Below, one piece after another: positions 48,202-58,178 of a DNA stretch of 58,371 nt. The notes beneath the pieces were generated by a model. That model saw only the letters and a list, made by a program, of their open reading frames with translations. It did no database searches and had not been told where the DNA came from. Position 1 is the first letter of the stretch, and each line of letters begins with the position of its first letter. This DNA is from an uncultured Azospirillaceae bacterium (GTDB taxonomy: Bacteria > Pseudomonadota > Alphaproteobacteria > RF32 > CAG-239). The stretch covers positions 1 to 58,371 of the forward strand of contig CAYNBB010000005.1 of NCBI GenBank assembly GCA_964395655.1, given 5' to 3'. Made by a program: the position numbers and the translations under genes.

Positions 48202-49230
48202 TCAAATACTTTCACAACGCCGGCAGGCGGCATTGCCGCTCTGCAGCCGCAAAACCCGTCCTGCGGCACAAACGGACGTTGCGGTCGAATATCCGTTCGC
48301 ACACGGCTCACCGCGACATCTTCCGCAGACTGATCCCGGCTGCTGCTCAAAAATCTGTCCGTCTTTGCAATCAAACCGTCCGATTGCTGCCGAATATCCG
48401 CTGCGACATGAAGAAGCGACGCATCTGCGACATGCGCCGTTGGTATCTTGAACGCTTATTTCCAGCCCGGGAGCACAACTTCCGATCCGAGTGTCATAAC
48501 CGTTCAGACACGGTATGCCGATACATTTCCTGCATTGCGGATTGTCGCTCTGACTCTGCAACGTCTGTCCGTCGGAACAGGATGAAATAAGCTCAAAACC
48601 GTCGCGGCAAGACATTCCCGAACATTTTTGACAGCTTGGATTAGTTTTCTGTCGGAGCAGAACTTGTCCGTCATCACAAATCGTATCCGGAGCGTAACCG
48701 TTCTGACACGGTTCACCTTCACAAAAAACGCAGGCGGAATTATCAGGCTGAATTTTTCTGATTTGGCTGAGGCGGCAAACGTTATAGGTTTGATACCCGT
48801 TCCGGCATGGCGTACCTTCGCATTTAAAACACCCCGACTGCACGGGATGAGCGGCAACAGTCGTCCCGTCGGGACAATCATTGACAAAGGTATAGGGCGC
48901 CGGACATGTTATCCGCTCACATTTTCTGCAAACAGGAAGCCCCTCCTGCTCTACGAGCCTGTGCGCCTCGCCGCAGGAAGAAATCGTCGGCAGAAAGCCT
49001 TTGGCGCATTGAGGAACGCATTTGCCGCGAATGAGGCGGTAACCGTCTTTTTCGCAGCGGGACGCCGTTTTTCCGAAATTGATTGCTTTACCGCGCCCTT
49101 CTTCAGCAGAGGAGACCGACACGTAATCGCCCGCGGCGTCAATAATGCTGACAACCTTAGCCGACAACGGCAAACAGACAAATTGCAGCGCCAGGAGCAC
49201 AAAAACAATCCGAAAGCAAAAAAACGACAT
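48202..49230 (-). CDS. Secreted protein with eight tandem 4-Cys repeats
   Basis: Signal peptide; ~33-aa unit CxxGY-x5-C-xxG-...-Q-xxN-xx-CxxC repeated eight times. Confidence 0.82.
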   Translation of the reverse strand: MSFFCFRIVFVLLALQFVCLPLSAKVVSIIDAAGDYVSVSSAEEGRGKAINFGKTASRCEKDGYRLIRGKCVPQCAKGFLPTISSCGEAHRLVEQEGLPVCRKCERITCPAPYTFVNDCPDGTTVAAHPVQSGCFKCEGTPCRNGYQTYNVCRLSQIRKIQPDNSACVFCEGEPCQNGYAPDTICDDGQVLLRQKTNPSCQKCSGMSCRDGFELISSCSDGQTLQSQSDNPQCRKCIGIPCLNGYDTRIGSCAPGLEISVQDTNGACRRCVASSCRSGYSAAIGRFDCKDGQIFEQQPGSVCGRCRGEPCANGYSTATSVCAAGRVLRLQSGNAACRRCESI

Positions 49231-49412
49231 CTTTTACTCCTCTCTGCTGATATATACCGTTTTCATATTGACCACTCCGTGCCCAAAAGTCAACGCGGAA
49301 AACAAAATATGTAGACAAATAATGTTTTTTATATTGACTTTTGTCTAAAAACGTCTATTCTATAAGACATGAATGTTATAGATATGTCGAACCAATTACA
49401 AATTTAATTGTT

Positions 49413-49790
49413 ATGGAATTAAACGTAAAGCAGTATTCTTGGACCGAAACGGCTACGAGTACTAAAGAAAAACTGTATGAAACCTTTCCCAACCTGAAAG
49501 ACCTGTGCTTTGTCGGCAACGGCGTCCTTTCTTATCTGGAACACGACAAACCCTGCTATCAGCTCGGTTTCGTTTTTCCGGTCAAGGATTTCGTTACCGG
49601 CCAAAAGAAGACAATCGTCTATTATCCGATAAAGAAGGCGTTTGTTTTTATGTACAAAAAAACGGACAGCTTTCCGGTTTCCGGCGCAGGCGAAAAGTTT
49701 CAGACCAAGCACGGCGAGATGGAAATTGTCGAAGTCAAAGGCTCTTTCGCCGTCACATTTTCGAGAACAGCTCTGGTAGCAGAAAAATAA
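49413..49790 (+). CDS. Hypothetical protein
   Basis: ATG after an AT-rich SD-less leader; promoter-like TTGACT..TATTCT upstream. Confidence 0.65.
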   Translation: MELNVKQYSWTETATSTKEKLYETFPNLKDLCFVGNGVLSYLEHDKPCYQLGFVFPVKDFVTGQKKTIVYYPIKKAFVFMYKKTDSFPVSGAGEKFQTKHGEMEIVEVKGSFAVTFSRTALVAEK

Positions 49791-49815
49791 TAAAAACATT
49801 AAAAACCCAAGAATT

Positions 49816-50178
49816 ATGGCAAAAAGAAGCATTAATACACCTGAAAAGATGACGGTGTATATGAGCAAAATTCTTGCAAGAGATCTGAAACATTATGCAG
49901 GTTTCTGCAACGCAGTCCTTTGCTCAATCGACTATGTCGAAGGTCCCATCTGGGCGATGCAAGTATTTGACGGAACAACGGTACACTGGGCAATTCTGGA
50001 AGAAATCGGTCAGATGGCATACATCTACGCCGGCCCGTTAAAGCCCTGCTCAATCCTGCCGCAGGGTCAGTTCTACAAGAGAACGATCCTCCGCGAAGGC
50101 GTCAAGGTTTCGCAAATCGGAACCATCGAATATAATCGGCGGATGGATGTCTGCATCCGCTGGGAAGACGAAAAATAA
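49816..50178 (+). CDS. Hypothetical protein
   Basis: 120 aa ORF, same leader style, followed by a hairpin. Confidence 0.65.
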   Translation: MAKRSINTPEKMTVYMSKILARDLKHYAGFCNAVLCSIDYVEGPIWAMQVFDGTTVHWAILEEIGQMAYIYAGPLKPCSILPQGQFYKRTILREGVKVSQIGTIEYNRRMDVCIRWEDEK

Positions 50179-50191
50179 TACTTAACCGCAA

Positions 50192-50231
50192 AAATCCCCT
50201 GCAACAGCCGTTGCCAGGGGATTCTTGTTTT
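50192..50231. terminator. Terminator between convergent genes
   Basis: AATCCCCTGCAAC-AGCC-GTTGCCAGGGGATT followed by a T-rich tract. Confidence 0.7.
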
Positions 50232-50250
50232 GTTCGTTAAAACCGCGAAC

Positions 50251-51015
50251 TTACTCCAACCAATATTCAACCGTCGAGACAACGCGAATGGTCTTGTCAA
50301 TCGATTGCGTCTCCGAGGCGTCGGGACGCTGTTCGCGCGGCAAAATCGAGAAGACTCCCTGGCTGGCGCGTTTGATACGTCCGACTTTGCTGTCGGAACT
50401 CTTGGCAAATTCCGCCGCGGCAGCCGCTGCATTCCTGGTTGCCTCCTCCAGCATTTCGGGTTTGACGGAATTAATCTCCGTAAACAGATAAGCAACTGGC
50501 GAGCCGTATTGATTATCCAGAATAATTCCCTGCGCAACAAGTTCGCCGTTTTTGCTCAGCGCAGCGTCAATCTTGTTGACATCGGCAGAACGCACCGTCA
50601 TGCTCTGGCTGACAATAAAACGGGCGCCGGTATCATTGCCGCTGCGATACGGATTGGCCATAACGTCATTGGTTTCCACCCTGCCCTCGACAATCTCTTC
50701 GGCAGAAAAACCCTGTTCACTCAGAAAACGCATGACAACAGACTTCTGACGCTGGATCTCCTGCTGCGCCATACTCAAATCGTTGTCGGTGACGACATAG
50801 CGGATGCTCCAAATTCCCAGATTGGCCTTCACGTCTTTTTCGGCCAAACCTTTGACCGTTACAAAGTTTGAATTAATTTTGGAGCAATAATAAAAATACC
50901 CCGGAAAAAAGCCTCCCAGAGTCAAACCGGCGGCAATCAACAGCGCAGAAAACAGCTTGCTTTTGCCGCAGCGGCAGACGGAATCGTTTTCATCACATTT
51001 ACATTCTACCTGCAT
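50251..51015 (-). CDS. SIMPL (DUF541) domain protein
   Basis: TM anchor, VTVKGLAEKDV.A, KPEML.EAT.NA...A.EFA..S, G.IKRASQG.FSI, RVVSTVEY. Confidence 0.92.
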   Translation of the reverse strand: MQVECKCDENDSVCRCGKSKLFSALLIAAGLTLGGFFPGYFYYCSKINSNFVTVKGLAEKDVKANLGIWSIRYVVTDNDLSMAQQEIQRQKSVVMRFLSEQGFSAEEIVEGRVETNDVMANPYRSGNDTGARFIVSQSMTVRSADVNKIDAALSKNGELVAQGIILDNQYGSPVAYLFTEINSVKPEMLEEATRNAAAAAAEFAKSSDSKVGRIKRASQGVFSILPREQRPDASETQSIDKTIRVVSTVEYWLE

Positions 51016-51108
51016 CGTATTTTCCTTTATCTGTTTCCGGTTACCGGTATCGGTAATACACCCAAAAGACAAATTTGAAAAGTTTTATTCCGCATTGACG
51101 ACAAATTA

Positions 51109-51435
51109 TCAATTGTCATCGTCCGCGTCATCCGTCTCGTCCGACGTTTCGGAAAACATAATTTTCCATAGCGGCTTGCGATACATCCAAAGATTAAACG
51201 CACCCAAGGCTACGGAAATCATACCAAACAAAAATAAAACATAATACCAGTTGAGCTGATTGGCATCCATCATAACGTCTTGCCTGGAAAGGCGGACAAA
51301 ACCTATGGCTACGGCGGTAACGACAAACGAGAAGATAAAAGCCAGTGTCCAAATCTTACGCAGCATGTTCCGAGGCAGTAAAAAAGAGGTTATGACATAC
51401 AACAGAAGGAAGGCAAAGAACAGATACAATTCCAT
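51109..51435 (-). CDS. Small membrane protein
   Basis: Three hydrophobic segments, acidic tail, GAGG SD. Confidence 0.75.
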   Translation of the reverse strand: MELYLFFAFLLLYVITSFLLPRNMLRKIWTLAFIFSFVVTAVAIGFVRLSRQDVMMDANQLNWYYVLFLFGMISVALGAFNLWMYRKPLWKIMFSETSDETDDADDDN

Positions 51436-51490
51436 GAGAGTTATCCTCTATCGGTTGATATGCTACCAGATATAAGCGGCTTTCTTTTAA

Positions 51491-51537
51491 AAACAAGAGC
51501 GCCGGCTTTCCGACAAGTCAGAAAATCCGGCACTCCT
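51491..51537 (-). terminator. Long-stem intrinsic terminator
   Basis: Minus-strand GGAGUGCCGG..UUUCUGAC / GUCGGAAAG-CCGGCGCUCU followed by UGUUUUU. Confidence 0.7.
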
Positions 51538-51545
51538 TTAATTTT

Positions 51546-52052
51546 TTACTTTTCACAAGCACAAGCCACGAGCCCGTAAGCCACGCGTCCCATGAACGTT
51601 GCGAAAACGACCAACAAGGCACCAAATACCAGAGCTGATACGATACCGTTGGCTTCCATCATCATATCCGATACCCACCAGATAACGGCTTTGTAAATGC
51701 CGAAACAGATGAGTATGAACGCGATGGGCTTCCAGATGCAACCGAAGTTCTTGACGAACGAAATCGGCAGATACAAACCTCTAATCAAAATCCAGAGGAT
51801 GACGAAAAGAGGAACGTATACGCAGCCGGGATAAGAATCTCCGAGCTCACCAAGGATAAGGTAAGCAATAAAGAAAACTCCCAAAACGGCCGCAAGCATC
51901 AGAAGCTCGCTTAACAACGCTTCTCCGCCTCTTTTTATGTTGTACCACAAACCGCTCAAAGAGAACGAATTTGCATAACGGCACTCATAGTAAGGAAGAA
52001 AGAACATTATGACGGACGCGATGATGGCGATAGTTGTAATAATACCTAACAT
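51546..52052 (-). CDS. Hypothetical membrane protein
   Basis: About five TM segments; SD-less leader; own terminator. Confidence 0.7.
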   Translation of the reverse strand: MLGIITTIAIIASVIMFFLPYYECRYANSFSLSGLWYNIKRGGEALLSELLMLAAVLGVFFIAYLILGELGDSYPGCVYVPLFVILWILIRGLYLPISFVKNFGCIWKPIAFILICFGIYKAVIWWVSDMMMEANGIVSALVFGALLVVFATFMGRVAYGLVACACEK

Positions 52053-52189
52053 AACAAAAATTTTATACGGCCATTGACTTTTGTCTTTACCTTAAGAGGC
52101 CGGGTTACTCAAGATAAAGAAACATTTAATATTTTACTCTTTCAGAGTAGCATATTTTTGACAAATTGACAATATATTATGAAAAACGG

Positions 52190-53914
52190 TTATTTGAGAC
52201 TCGGCCATTGCCCGGCCGCAATCTGCTCCAGACTCGGATTATTCAGCCCGAAGCGCATGTTGTATATCCAATAATTGGCCATGACGCGCTCGATATAAAT
52301 CCGCGTCTGCGCCGAAGGAATAACCTCGATAAACAAGAGCGCATCATTGTTATAGCGGGCGGACTTCTGCCATTTGACCAAATTTCCGGGACCGGCATTA
52401 TACGCCGTTATCATATAAAACAGATTACCGTCGACAAACGGCTTGTCCAACAGATAGCTGATATACTGCTGACCGAGCCTGAGGTTATAGTCCGTTTTGA
52501 ACAATCGCGTTTTGTCGCTTTTGACGCGGCTGTCTTTGCTGATGTGATAAGCCGTCCCGGGCATCAGCTGCATCAAACCGCGCGCCCCTGCTCCGCTGAC
52601 GGCATCCGGCCGAAAAGCCGATTCCTGCCGTATCAAGCCCAGAACCAGCGCTTTGTCGACTTTCCAGCCGTGCACCGGAAGCCAGGCCGGAAGCGGATAG
52701 GCAAATTTGTCATACGTCTGATTATGTTCCAGGTCTTTGTTCTGATTGGCCAGAAAAATAGCCAGCGCATGCAAATCATACTGGTCGGCAATAAAAATAA
52801 CCGCTTCTTTCTGTTTTTCATTCATAGACTGATATCCGAAGCGCAACTCCTGTTCGGCCAGCCGCTTTTGTTTGGCATGCAGCAGCAGAACCGCCCGACG
52901 GATATAAGGCGAACCGAGCAGTTCGTAAATATAGTCATAATTGTTAAAGTCATTGAAATAAGATATTGAATTCCAGTTGTATTCCGGAGCCTTCCCGAGG
53001 TTTTGCGCGGCTAAGATACCATAAAAAGTATGTTTGAACTTGACGGCAGCTTCAAGCATCTGTCGTGCTTTTTTCTTGTTGCCGAGTTTGTCATAAGCTC
53101 TATAAGCCCAATATCCGCCGGCAGCCACCAGCCACTCGTCGGAGTTTTTCGAACGGCCGAGACGCTCAAAGTACGAAGCGGCGTTTTTATAATTTTTCAT
53201 CCGCCACGAGGCCAGTCCGGCCACCCAAACGGCTGTTCCGGAATTGTGGCGGCGTGCGGCCTTGAGCCCCCATTCGTAAGCCAGCCGGTCATAGTTATCC
53301 ACCAAATACTTTAAGGCAAGCGTCGCAGCCATATCGTCCCAGACTTCGCTCGGGGCGGCATTGCGGAATTGTTTGTTTTCCAAAATCAAACGAGCAGGAC
53401 GCGTTTTTCCCTGATTGATATAATTACGAAACCGGCTGCGTTTGCTGTTGACAAAAGCGCTTGTTTCATCGGCAGGCTGTCCCTTGTCATCAAAACACAC
53501 CGGCGTTTTAAGCTCCTGAGCCTTGGCGCCCTTACGAAGAGCCAACCGGCGGATTCTCTCGGCCTGCGGATAAGAATTATAGTTTTCAAGCCATTTCTTC
53601 AGCTCGGCGACCGTTGATTTATATTTCGGATGCAGATATTTTTCGGCCAGCACGGAACCGAGCAAGATTTCATTTTCGAGCTTTTTGCGCAAAGCGTCAA
53701 ACCTGCCGAAGTCATTTTCCTCAAGCGCACGGAACATTTTTTTATACAAACCGACATCCTGTGGCGAAACCAGCAGATAGGAAATTATTTTTTCGTACGA
53801 CTGAGAATTGATAATCGGACGAACATTTTCCTGAGACAAAACCGTTTTGCAACAGAAAAACGTACAAAATAAACTTATAACGGCAAAAAGATGTCGCGCA
53901 ACAAATATCCTCAT
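52190..53914 (-). CDS. Soluble lytic transglycosylase (SLT domain)
   Basis: Helical N-terminus; IRQESAF, GARGLMQLMP, AYNAGPG, ETR-like QTRIYIERV. Confidence 0.93.
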   Translation of the reverse strand: MRIFVARHLFAVISLFCTFFCCKTVLSQENVRPIINSQSYEKIISYLLVSPQDVGLYKKMFRALEENDFGRFDALRKKLENEILLGSVLAEKYLHPKYKSTVAELKKWLENYNSYPQAERIRRLALRKGAKAQELKTPVCFDDKGQPADETSAFVNSKRSRFRNYINQGKTRPARLILENKQFRNAAPSEVWDDMAATLALKYLVDNYDRLAYEWGLKAARRHNSGTAVWVAGLASWRMKNYKNAASYFERLGRSKNSDEWLVAAGGYWAYRAYDKLGNKKKARQMLEAAVKFKHTFYGILAAQNLGKAPEYNWNSISYFNDFNNYDYIYELLGSPYIRRAVLLLHAKQKRLAEQELRFGYQSMNEKQKEAVIFIADQYDLHALAIFLANQNKDLEHNQTYDKFAYPLPAWLPVHGWKVDKALVLGLIRQESAFRPDAVSGAGARGLMQLMPGTAYHISKDSRVKSDKTRLFKTDYNLRLGQQYISYLLDKPFVDGNLFYMITAYNAGPGNLVKWQKSARYNNDALLFIEVIPSAQTRIYIERVMANYWIYNMRFGLNNPSLEQIAAGQWPSLK

Positions 53915-54615
53915 TTGATATCTGTCAACCAGATGATTTTATCGGCACATTCCGCCGCGCTTATTCCTTTGACCCGGCAGCGGTTGACAACGATATTGGG
54001 CGTCTTGTCCATCGTGTAGCAACCGTCGCCCATCAGAGTATAGTTGTATGCCGTCGGCGTATTGGGCTGAACATTGGCAAAAGAAACCGCCGTCGTAATT
54101 CCGGGCCAGACAAGTTTGGCATCCAGACTGACAAGCCTGCGATCAAGATTTGTCAGAATGACAAAACGCATGTTACAGGTTACCATATTGCCCATAGAGC
54201 GGGAAATGCCGAAATTGTCCATATACATAAAGATATTGGAATTCAGACGGGTTCTTCCGTTTTCATCGGTTTCCAGAATAGCAACGTTGCCGCGTCGCGA
54301 TTTATCTTCCGTCGGCATCAGAAGCTTCTCGGTACCGCCGCCGGGCATAAAAATCTCCTCCCGTTCTTTGAGGATTTTAGCTTTTTCGTCTTCCAGCGCG
54401 CGCGCCACGTCAGCCGTCGTTTCCAGTTTATTTTCGGGGACGGCGGCCGCCGGAGCCGAGGTTTTGCCGGGCAATGTCTCCGGTTCTTCGGCCAGCAGGC
54501 CGAAAGCCTGTGCATTTGACGAAGGCCGTGTTTCCGTCTCGCCGAACGACTGTGCCCGCACCGAAACAGTCGATGCAAGCAGCAACAGACTTAAAACAAC
54601 GGACAGTTTTTTCAT
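53911..54615 (-). CDS. Secreted hypothetical protein with C-terminal 4-Cys beta domain
   Basis: Signal peptide VRA-Q; stop overlaps the slt start. Confidence 0.8.
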   Translation of the reverse strand: MKKLSVVLSLLLLASTVSVRAQSFGETETRPSSNAQAFGLLAEEPETLPGKTSAPAAAVPENKLETTADVARALEDEKAKILKEREEIFMPGGGTEKLLMPTEDKSRRGNVAILETDENGRTRLNSNIFMYMDNFGISRSMGNMVTCNMRFVILTNLDRRLVSLDAKLVWPGITTAVSFANVQPNTPTAYNYTLMGDGCYTMDKTPNIVVNRCRVKGISAAECADKIIWLTDIK

Positions 54616-54635
54616 GGCACGACCTTCCCTAAAGA

Positions 54636-55343
54636 TTATTCCGACGAACCGTCAAGCGTTTTATTCAAGGTGTCGACCTGCTTCAGAGCATCCTGATAAG
54701 CAGCGTCGAGGGCATCCTTTTTGGTTTGCAGAACCGTATTTTCCTGAGCATTTTGTTCGGCGACCGAAACGGCCTGAAAATCATTGTAATATTCGGGAGA
54801 AGCAGGAGAAATGTAGGTAAACAAGCCCTCACAACTGCTTTTCACCGCAGGCAGTTTGTTTTTTTTGTCTTCTCCGGAAGCGCCGCAACTGAGAATATCA
54901 ACCTCCATGTCGTTCAGCAACAGAAAACATCTGTCGGTGCCGACTTTGGATTTCAACGTAACCTGCTGATACGATTTCAGCGGCGGCAGGCGCAGTTTCA
55001 GGACGATATCTTTGCTGGTATAGCTCGAAGTGTTGTAACGCGCGGTGTTTTTGCGATTGGCCCGCTGCGCTTCCTTAGCGTCGCGTTCTTCCTGATTAAT
55101 GGTTTCGCCGATGACTTCGTCGTTCCAGACCAAATTCAGAGACGCATTCTTAATCTCGTTGGCGGTGCGATTATAAAAAGTCGCCCCAATGTCGCAGGCT
55201 ACGACATTGCCGTCGGCATTTTTTACCGGAACAACGTCGTGAATCTTAAACAGTACGGTATCTTCGGCGGCCTGAACGGCACCGTTCCAGAAAGCGAAGC
55301 CCATTCCCAAAGAGCACAGCAACATTTTATTAAGTTTTGTCAT
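54636..55343 (-). CDS. Secreted hypothetical protein with 4-Cys beta domain and coiled-coil tail
   Basis: Signal peptide VQA-A; AAGGA SD. Confidence 0.8.
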   Translation of the reverse strand: MTKLNKMLLCSLGMGFAFWNGAVQAAEDTVLFKIHDVVPVKNADGNVVACDIGATFYNRTANEIKNASLNLVWNDEVIGETINQEERDAKEAQRANRKNTARYNTSSYTSKDIVLKLRLPPLKSYQQVTLKSKVGTDRCFLLLNDMEVDILSCGASGEDKKNKLPAVKSSCEGLFTYISPASPEYYNDFQAVSVAEQNAQENTVLQTKKDALDAAYQDALKQVDTLNKTLDGSSE

Positions 55344-55435
55344 CTTGTTTCCTTTAATTTTGCAAAATTAAGTTTTTATAAAATAATACTTATTGTATAA
55401 ATTAGCATCAAATAGTAAAGTTTTTAATAACGTTG

Positions 55436-56221
55436 TTAACTGTTTTCCTCATTCATACGAGTGCGCAGGCGCAGCAGGTCAGACCACGAACGGGATTTTT
55501 GCCCCGGCGTGCGAAGCAGATATGCCGGATGAAAACTCGCCAGCACGTGCGCCTTTTTGCCGTTGGACTTTTCATACTCAAACCATTTGCCGCGCATTTT
55601 GGAAATCGTCTCAGCCATATCAAGCACCGAATTGGCGGCGCTGGTTCCCAGAATAAAAATGTAATCGGGATCGACGAGATCGATCTGGCGTTTCAGAAAA
55701 GGCAGACAGACAGCCACTTCCGAATCCAGCGGCGTACGGTTTCCGGGCGGACGCCACGGCAAAATGTTGCATATATACGCGTCGGCCCGAGTCAGACCGA
55801 CGGCGTTCATCATCTTGTCCAGCAAATGTCCGCTGCGGCCGACAAAAGGCACGCCGACACGATCTTCGTCCGCGCCCGGCGCTTCGCCGATAAAAACGAC
55901 TTTGGCCTGCGGATTGCCGTCTCCGAAGACGGTATGCGCCGCCGTCATTTTGAGAGCGCAGCCTTCAAAATTTTCGACAGCAAGCTTCAGTTCTTCAAGC
56001 GTGTTGACCCGGGCACAAATATCTTTTGCATTCCGACATGCCGAATTGACAGCCTGTGCCAAATCGGTGGTTGCCCGGCGCACGGCCAGACCGATGACAG
56101 GAACAGGCCCGGCTTCGGCGGCAGGCGGTTCGGCAAACGGACTGTCGCCGCAAGTTTCGTCCACGCCGGCACACAAATACCATTCCAAAATCTGTTCCAA
56201 TGTCAAATTTTCCGCTTTCAT
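55436..56221 (-). CDS. Uracil-DNA glycosylase family 4
   Basis: GEAPGADED..G.PFVGRSG, N.LPWRPPGNRTP, CLPFL, FHPAYLLR. Confidence 0.95.
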   Translation of the reverse strand: MKAENLTLEQILEWYLCAGVDETCGDSPFAEPPAAEAGPVPVIGLAVRRATTDLAQAVNSACRNAKDICARVNTLEELKLAVENFEGCALKMTAAHTVFGDGNPQAKVVFIGEAPGADEDRVGVPFVGRSGHLLDKMMNAVGLTRADAYICNILPWRPPGNRTPLDSEVAVCLPFLKRQIDLVDPDYIFILGTSAANSVLDMAETISKMRGKWFEYEKSNGKKAHVLASFHPAYLLRTPGQKSRSWSDLLRLRTRMNEENS

Positions 56222-56369
56222 AATTACAAAATTAGACGAATTACGCTATTTTGCAAGTCAAAACATTTATTTACACAAATTTTGTGATATATTTAGAAAG
56301 CCTATTGTATGATTGAAAAAAACAGATATGATATAAGGAGTTTAAAAAATTTTGGGATTTATGCTGTTT

Positions 56370-58178
56370 ATGGGACGCTATGCTTTTTTAATCATCCTTT
56401 TGGGAGCTATCGGAATATTCGGTTCCTGCACCGCTCCCGGACATTTGCAAAACGAAGCGCCGCAAGCTGAATCCCCGGCTTCCGTTCAAATTTCCCGCAA
56501 CAAATCCTACGGCGCTTATCTGGCCGGTCGGGTTGCTCATCTGCGCCGCGATTTTGACAGGGCTTCGGATTATTATATTCGCAGTCTTAAAATTGATCCC
56601 GACAACAAAGAACTCGTTTCCAAACTGTATCTGATACTGGTTTCGCAGGGACGCGTCGACGAAGCGGCATTCTATGCGCGGCAAATTACCCAAAACGGAC
56701 TCTCCGACAATTTTGCCAACACCGTCATCGCAGCCAAACAAATGCACGACGGCGAATATCAGGAAAGCATCAAAACGCTTGACAAGTTTGACAACGCTGC
56801 CTACCGCGACTTTATAGCGCCGTTGCTCAAAGCCTGGAACTATGCCGGCCTCAACCAGCCCGACCGTGCGCTCAAAGAACTCGTGCCGCTCCGCAAAGAA
56901 GCCGGTTTCAAAAGCATTTATCATTTCCATGCGGGTATGATTAACGACTACTTCGGCCGTAACCGTGAAGCTCAACAGCATTATGAAACCATTATCAAAG
57001 ACGAAGACATGGAAATGTCGCTGCGTACCCTTCAGGTTATCAGCAATTTTTATCTGCGAACCGAACAAAAAGACAAAGCGCTTGGAATCGTCGACGGCGC
57101 TTCCAACGAAAAAACGACTGCCGAAATATTGAAATCTTTTGTTGACGAAGTGCGCAACGCCGACCCGAAATTGACCAAGCCGATTATTACCGATCCGAGC
57201 ATCGGCGCGGCGGAAGCATTGTTCAGCATTGCCGCCACTTTCCGCTATGACGAAGTTCTTGACGTAGCACACATGTTTATCAGTCTGGCAATTTATGAAA
57301 ACCCGAATTACGACCTGGCAAAACTGTTGCTGGCAAACATTCTCGAAGACCGCGCCATGTATGCAGACGCCAACAAAGTCTATGACAGCATAAAAGAAGG
57401 CGAGCATTCTTATTATGCGGCTCAACTTAAAATGGCCAACAACCTGATTAAACAAAATGACTATGACGGCGCCGAACTGTTGCTCAAATCGCTGGCCATT
57501 GATTATGACAACGCGCAGATATATCTGGATCTCGGCGATATTCTACGTATGAAAAACCGCCCACAGGAAGCCGTAAAATACTATGAAGAGGCAATTGAGA
57601 AAACCAAAGACCAAAACGGTTTATGGGTTTTGTATTATGCGCTCGGCATCTCTTATGACCAGAACAAACAATGGAAAAAAGCCGAAAAGGCTTTACAAAA
57701 GTCACTGACGCTCAGCGGCGGTCACTATCTGGTTCTGAACTATCTCGGATACAGCTGGATTAAACAAGGCAAAAATGTTAACGACGCTTTCGAAATGGTT
57801 GTCAAGGCACACGGCCAGGCTCCGGAAGACCCAAACATCAATGACAGTCTCGGCTGGGCATTATATAACCTCGGGTATTACGCCATGGCGGTTCCGTATC
57901 TGGAAAAAGCCGCCGAGGCCAGTCCGTCGAACGCCGTTATCAGCGATCATCTCGGTGACGTTTATTGGTTCAGCCGCCGCAAAAACGAAGCCCGTTTTCA
58001 GTGGCAACACGCATTGACGCTTAAAGACGACACCGGCGAACTTGATATTGACGCAGTCAAACGCAAGCTTGAAAAAGGCTTGTCTCGAGAGCCGGAACTT
58101 TCGTATGACAAAGATCTGATCGAAAAACAAATTCGCTCTCTGCTCAGCGAACAGCGCAAGACGGCTTCCAATCACTGA
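56370..58178 (+). CDS. TPR-repeat lipoprotein
   Basis: Lipobox-like FGSC, GAYLAGR, GAAEAL, LNYLGYSW, DSLGW, DHLGD.YW..R..EARFQW; alternative start 56361. Confidence 0.92.
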   Translation: MGRYAFLIILLGAIGIFGSCTAPGHLQNEAPQAESPASVQISRNKSYGAYLAGRVAHLRRDFDRASDYYIRSLKIDPDNKELVSKLYLILVSQGRVDEAAFYARQITQNGLSDNFANTVIAAKQMHDGEYQESIKTLDKFDNAAYRDFIAPLLKAWNYAGLNQPDRALKELVPLRKEAGFKSIYHFHAGMINDYFGRNREAQQHYETIIKDEDMEMSLRTLQVISNFYLRTEQKDKALGIVDGASNEKTTAEILKSFVDEVRNADPKLTKPIITDPSIGAAEALFSIAATFRYDEVLDVAHMFISLAIYENPNYDLAKLLLANILEDRAMYADANKVYDSIKEGEHSYYAAQLKMANNLIKQNDYDGAELLLKSLAIDYDNAQIYLDLGDILRMKNRPQEAVKYYEEAIEKTKDQNGLWVLYYALGISYDQNKQWKKAEKALQKSLTLSGGHYLVLNYLGYSWIKQGKNVNDAFEMVVKAHGQAPEDPNINDSLGWALYNLGYYAMAVPYLEKAAEASPSNAVISDHLGDVYWFSRRKNEARFQWQHALTLKDDTGELDIDAVKRKLEKGLSREPELSYDKDLIEKQIRSLLSEQRKTASNH

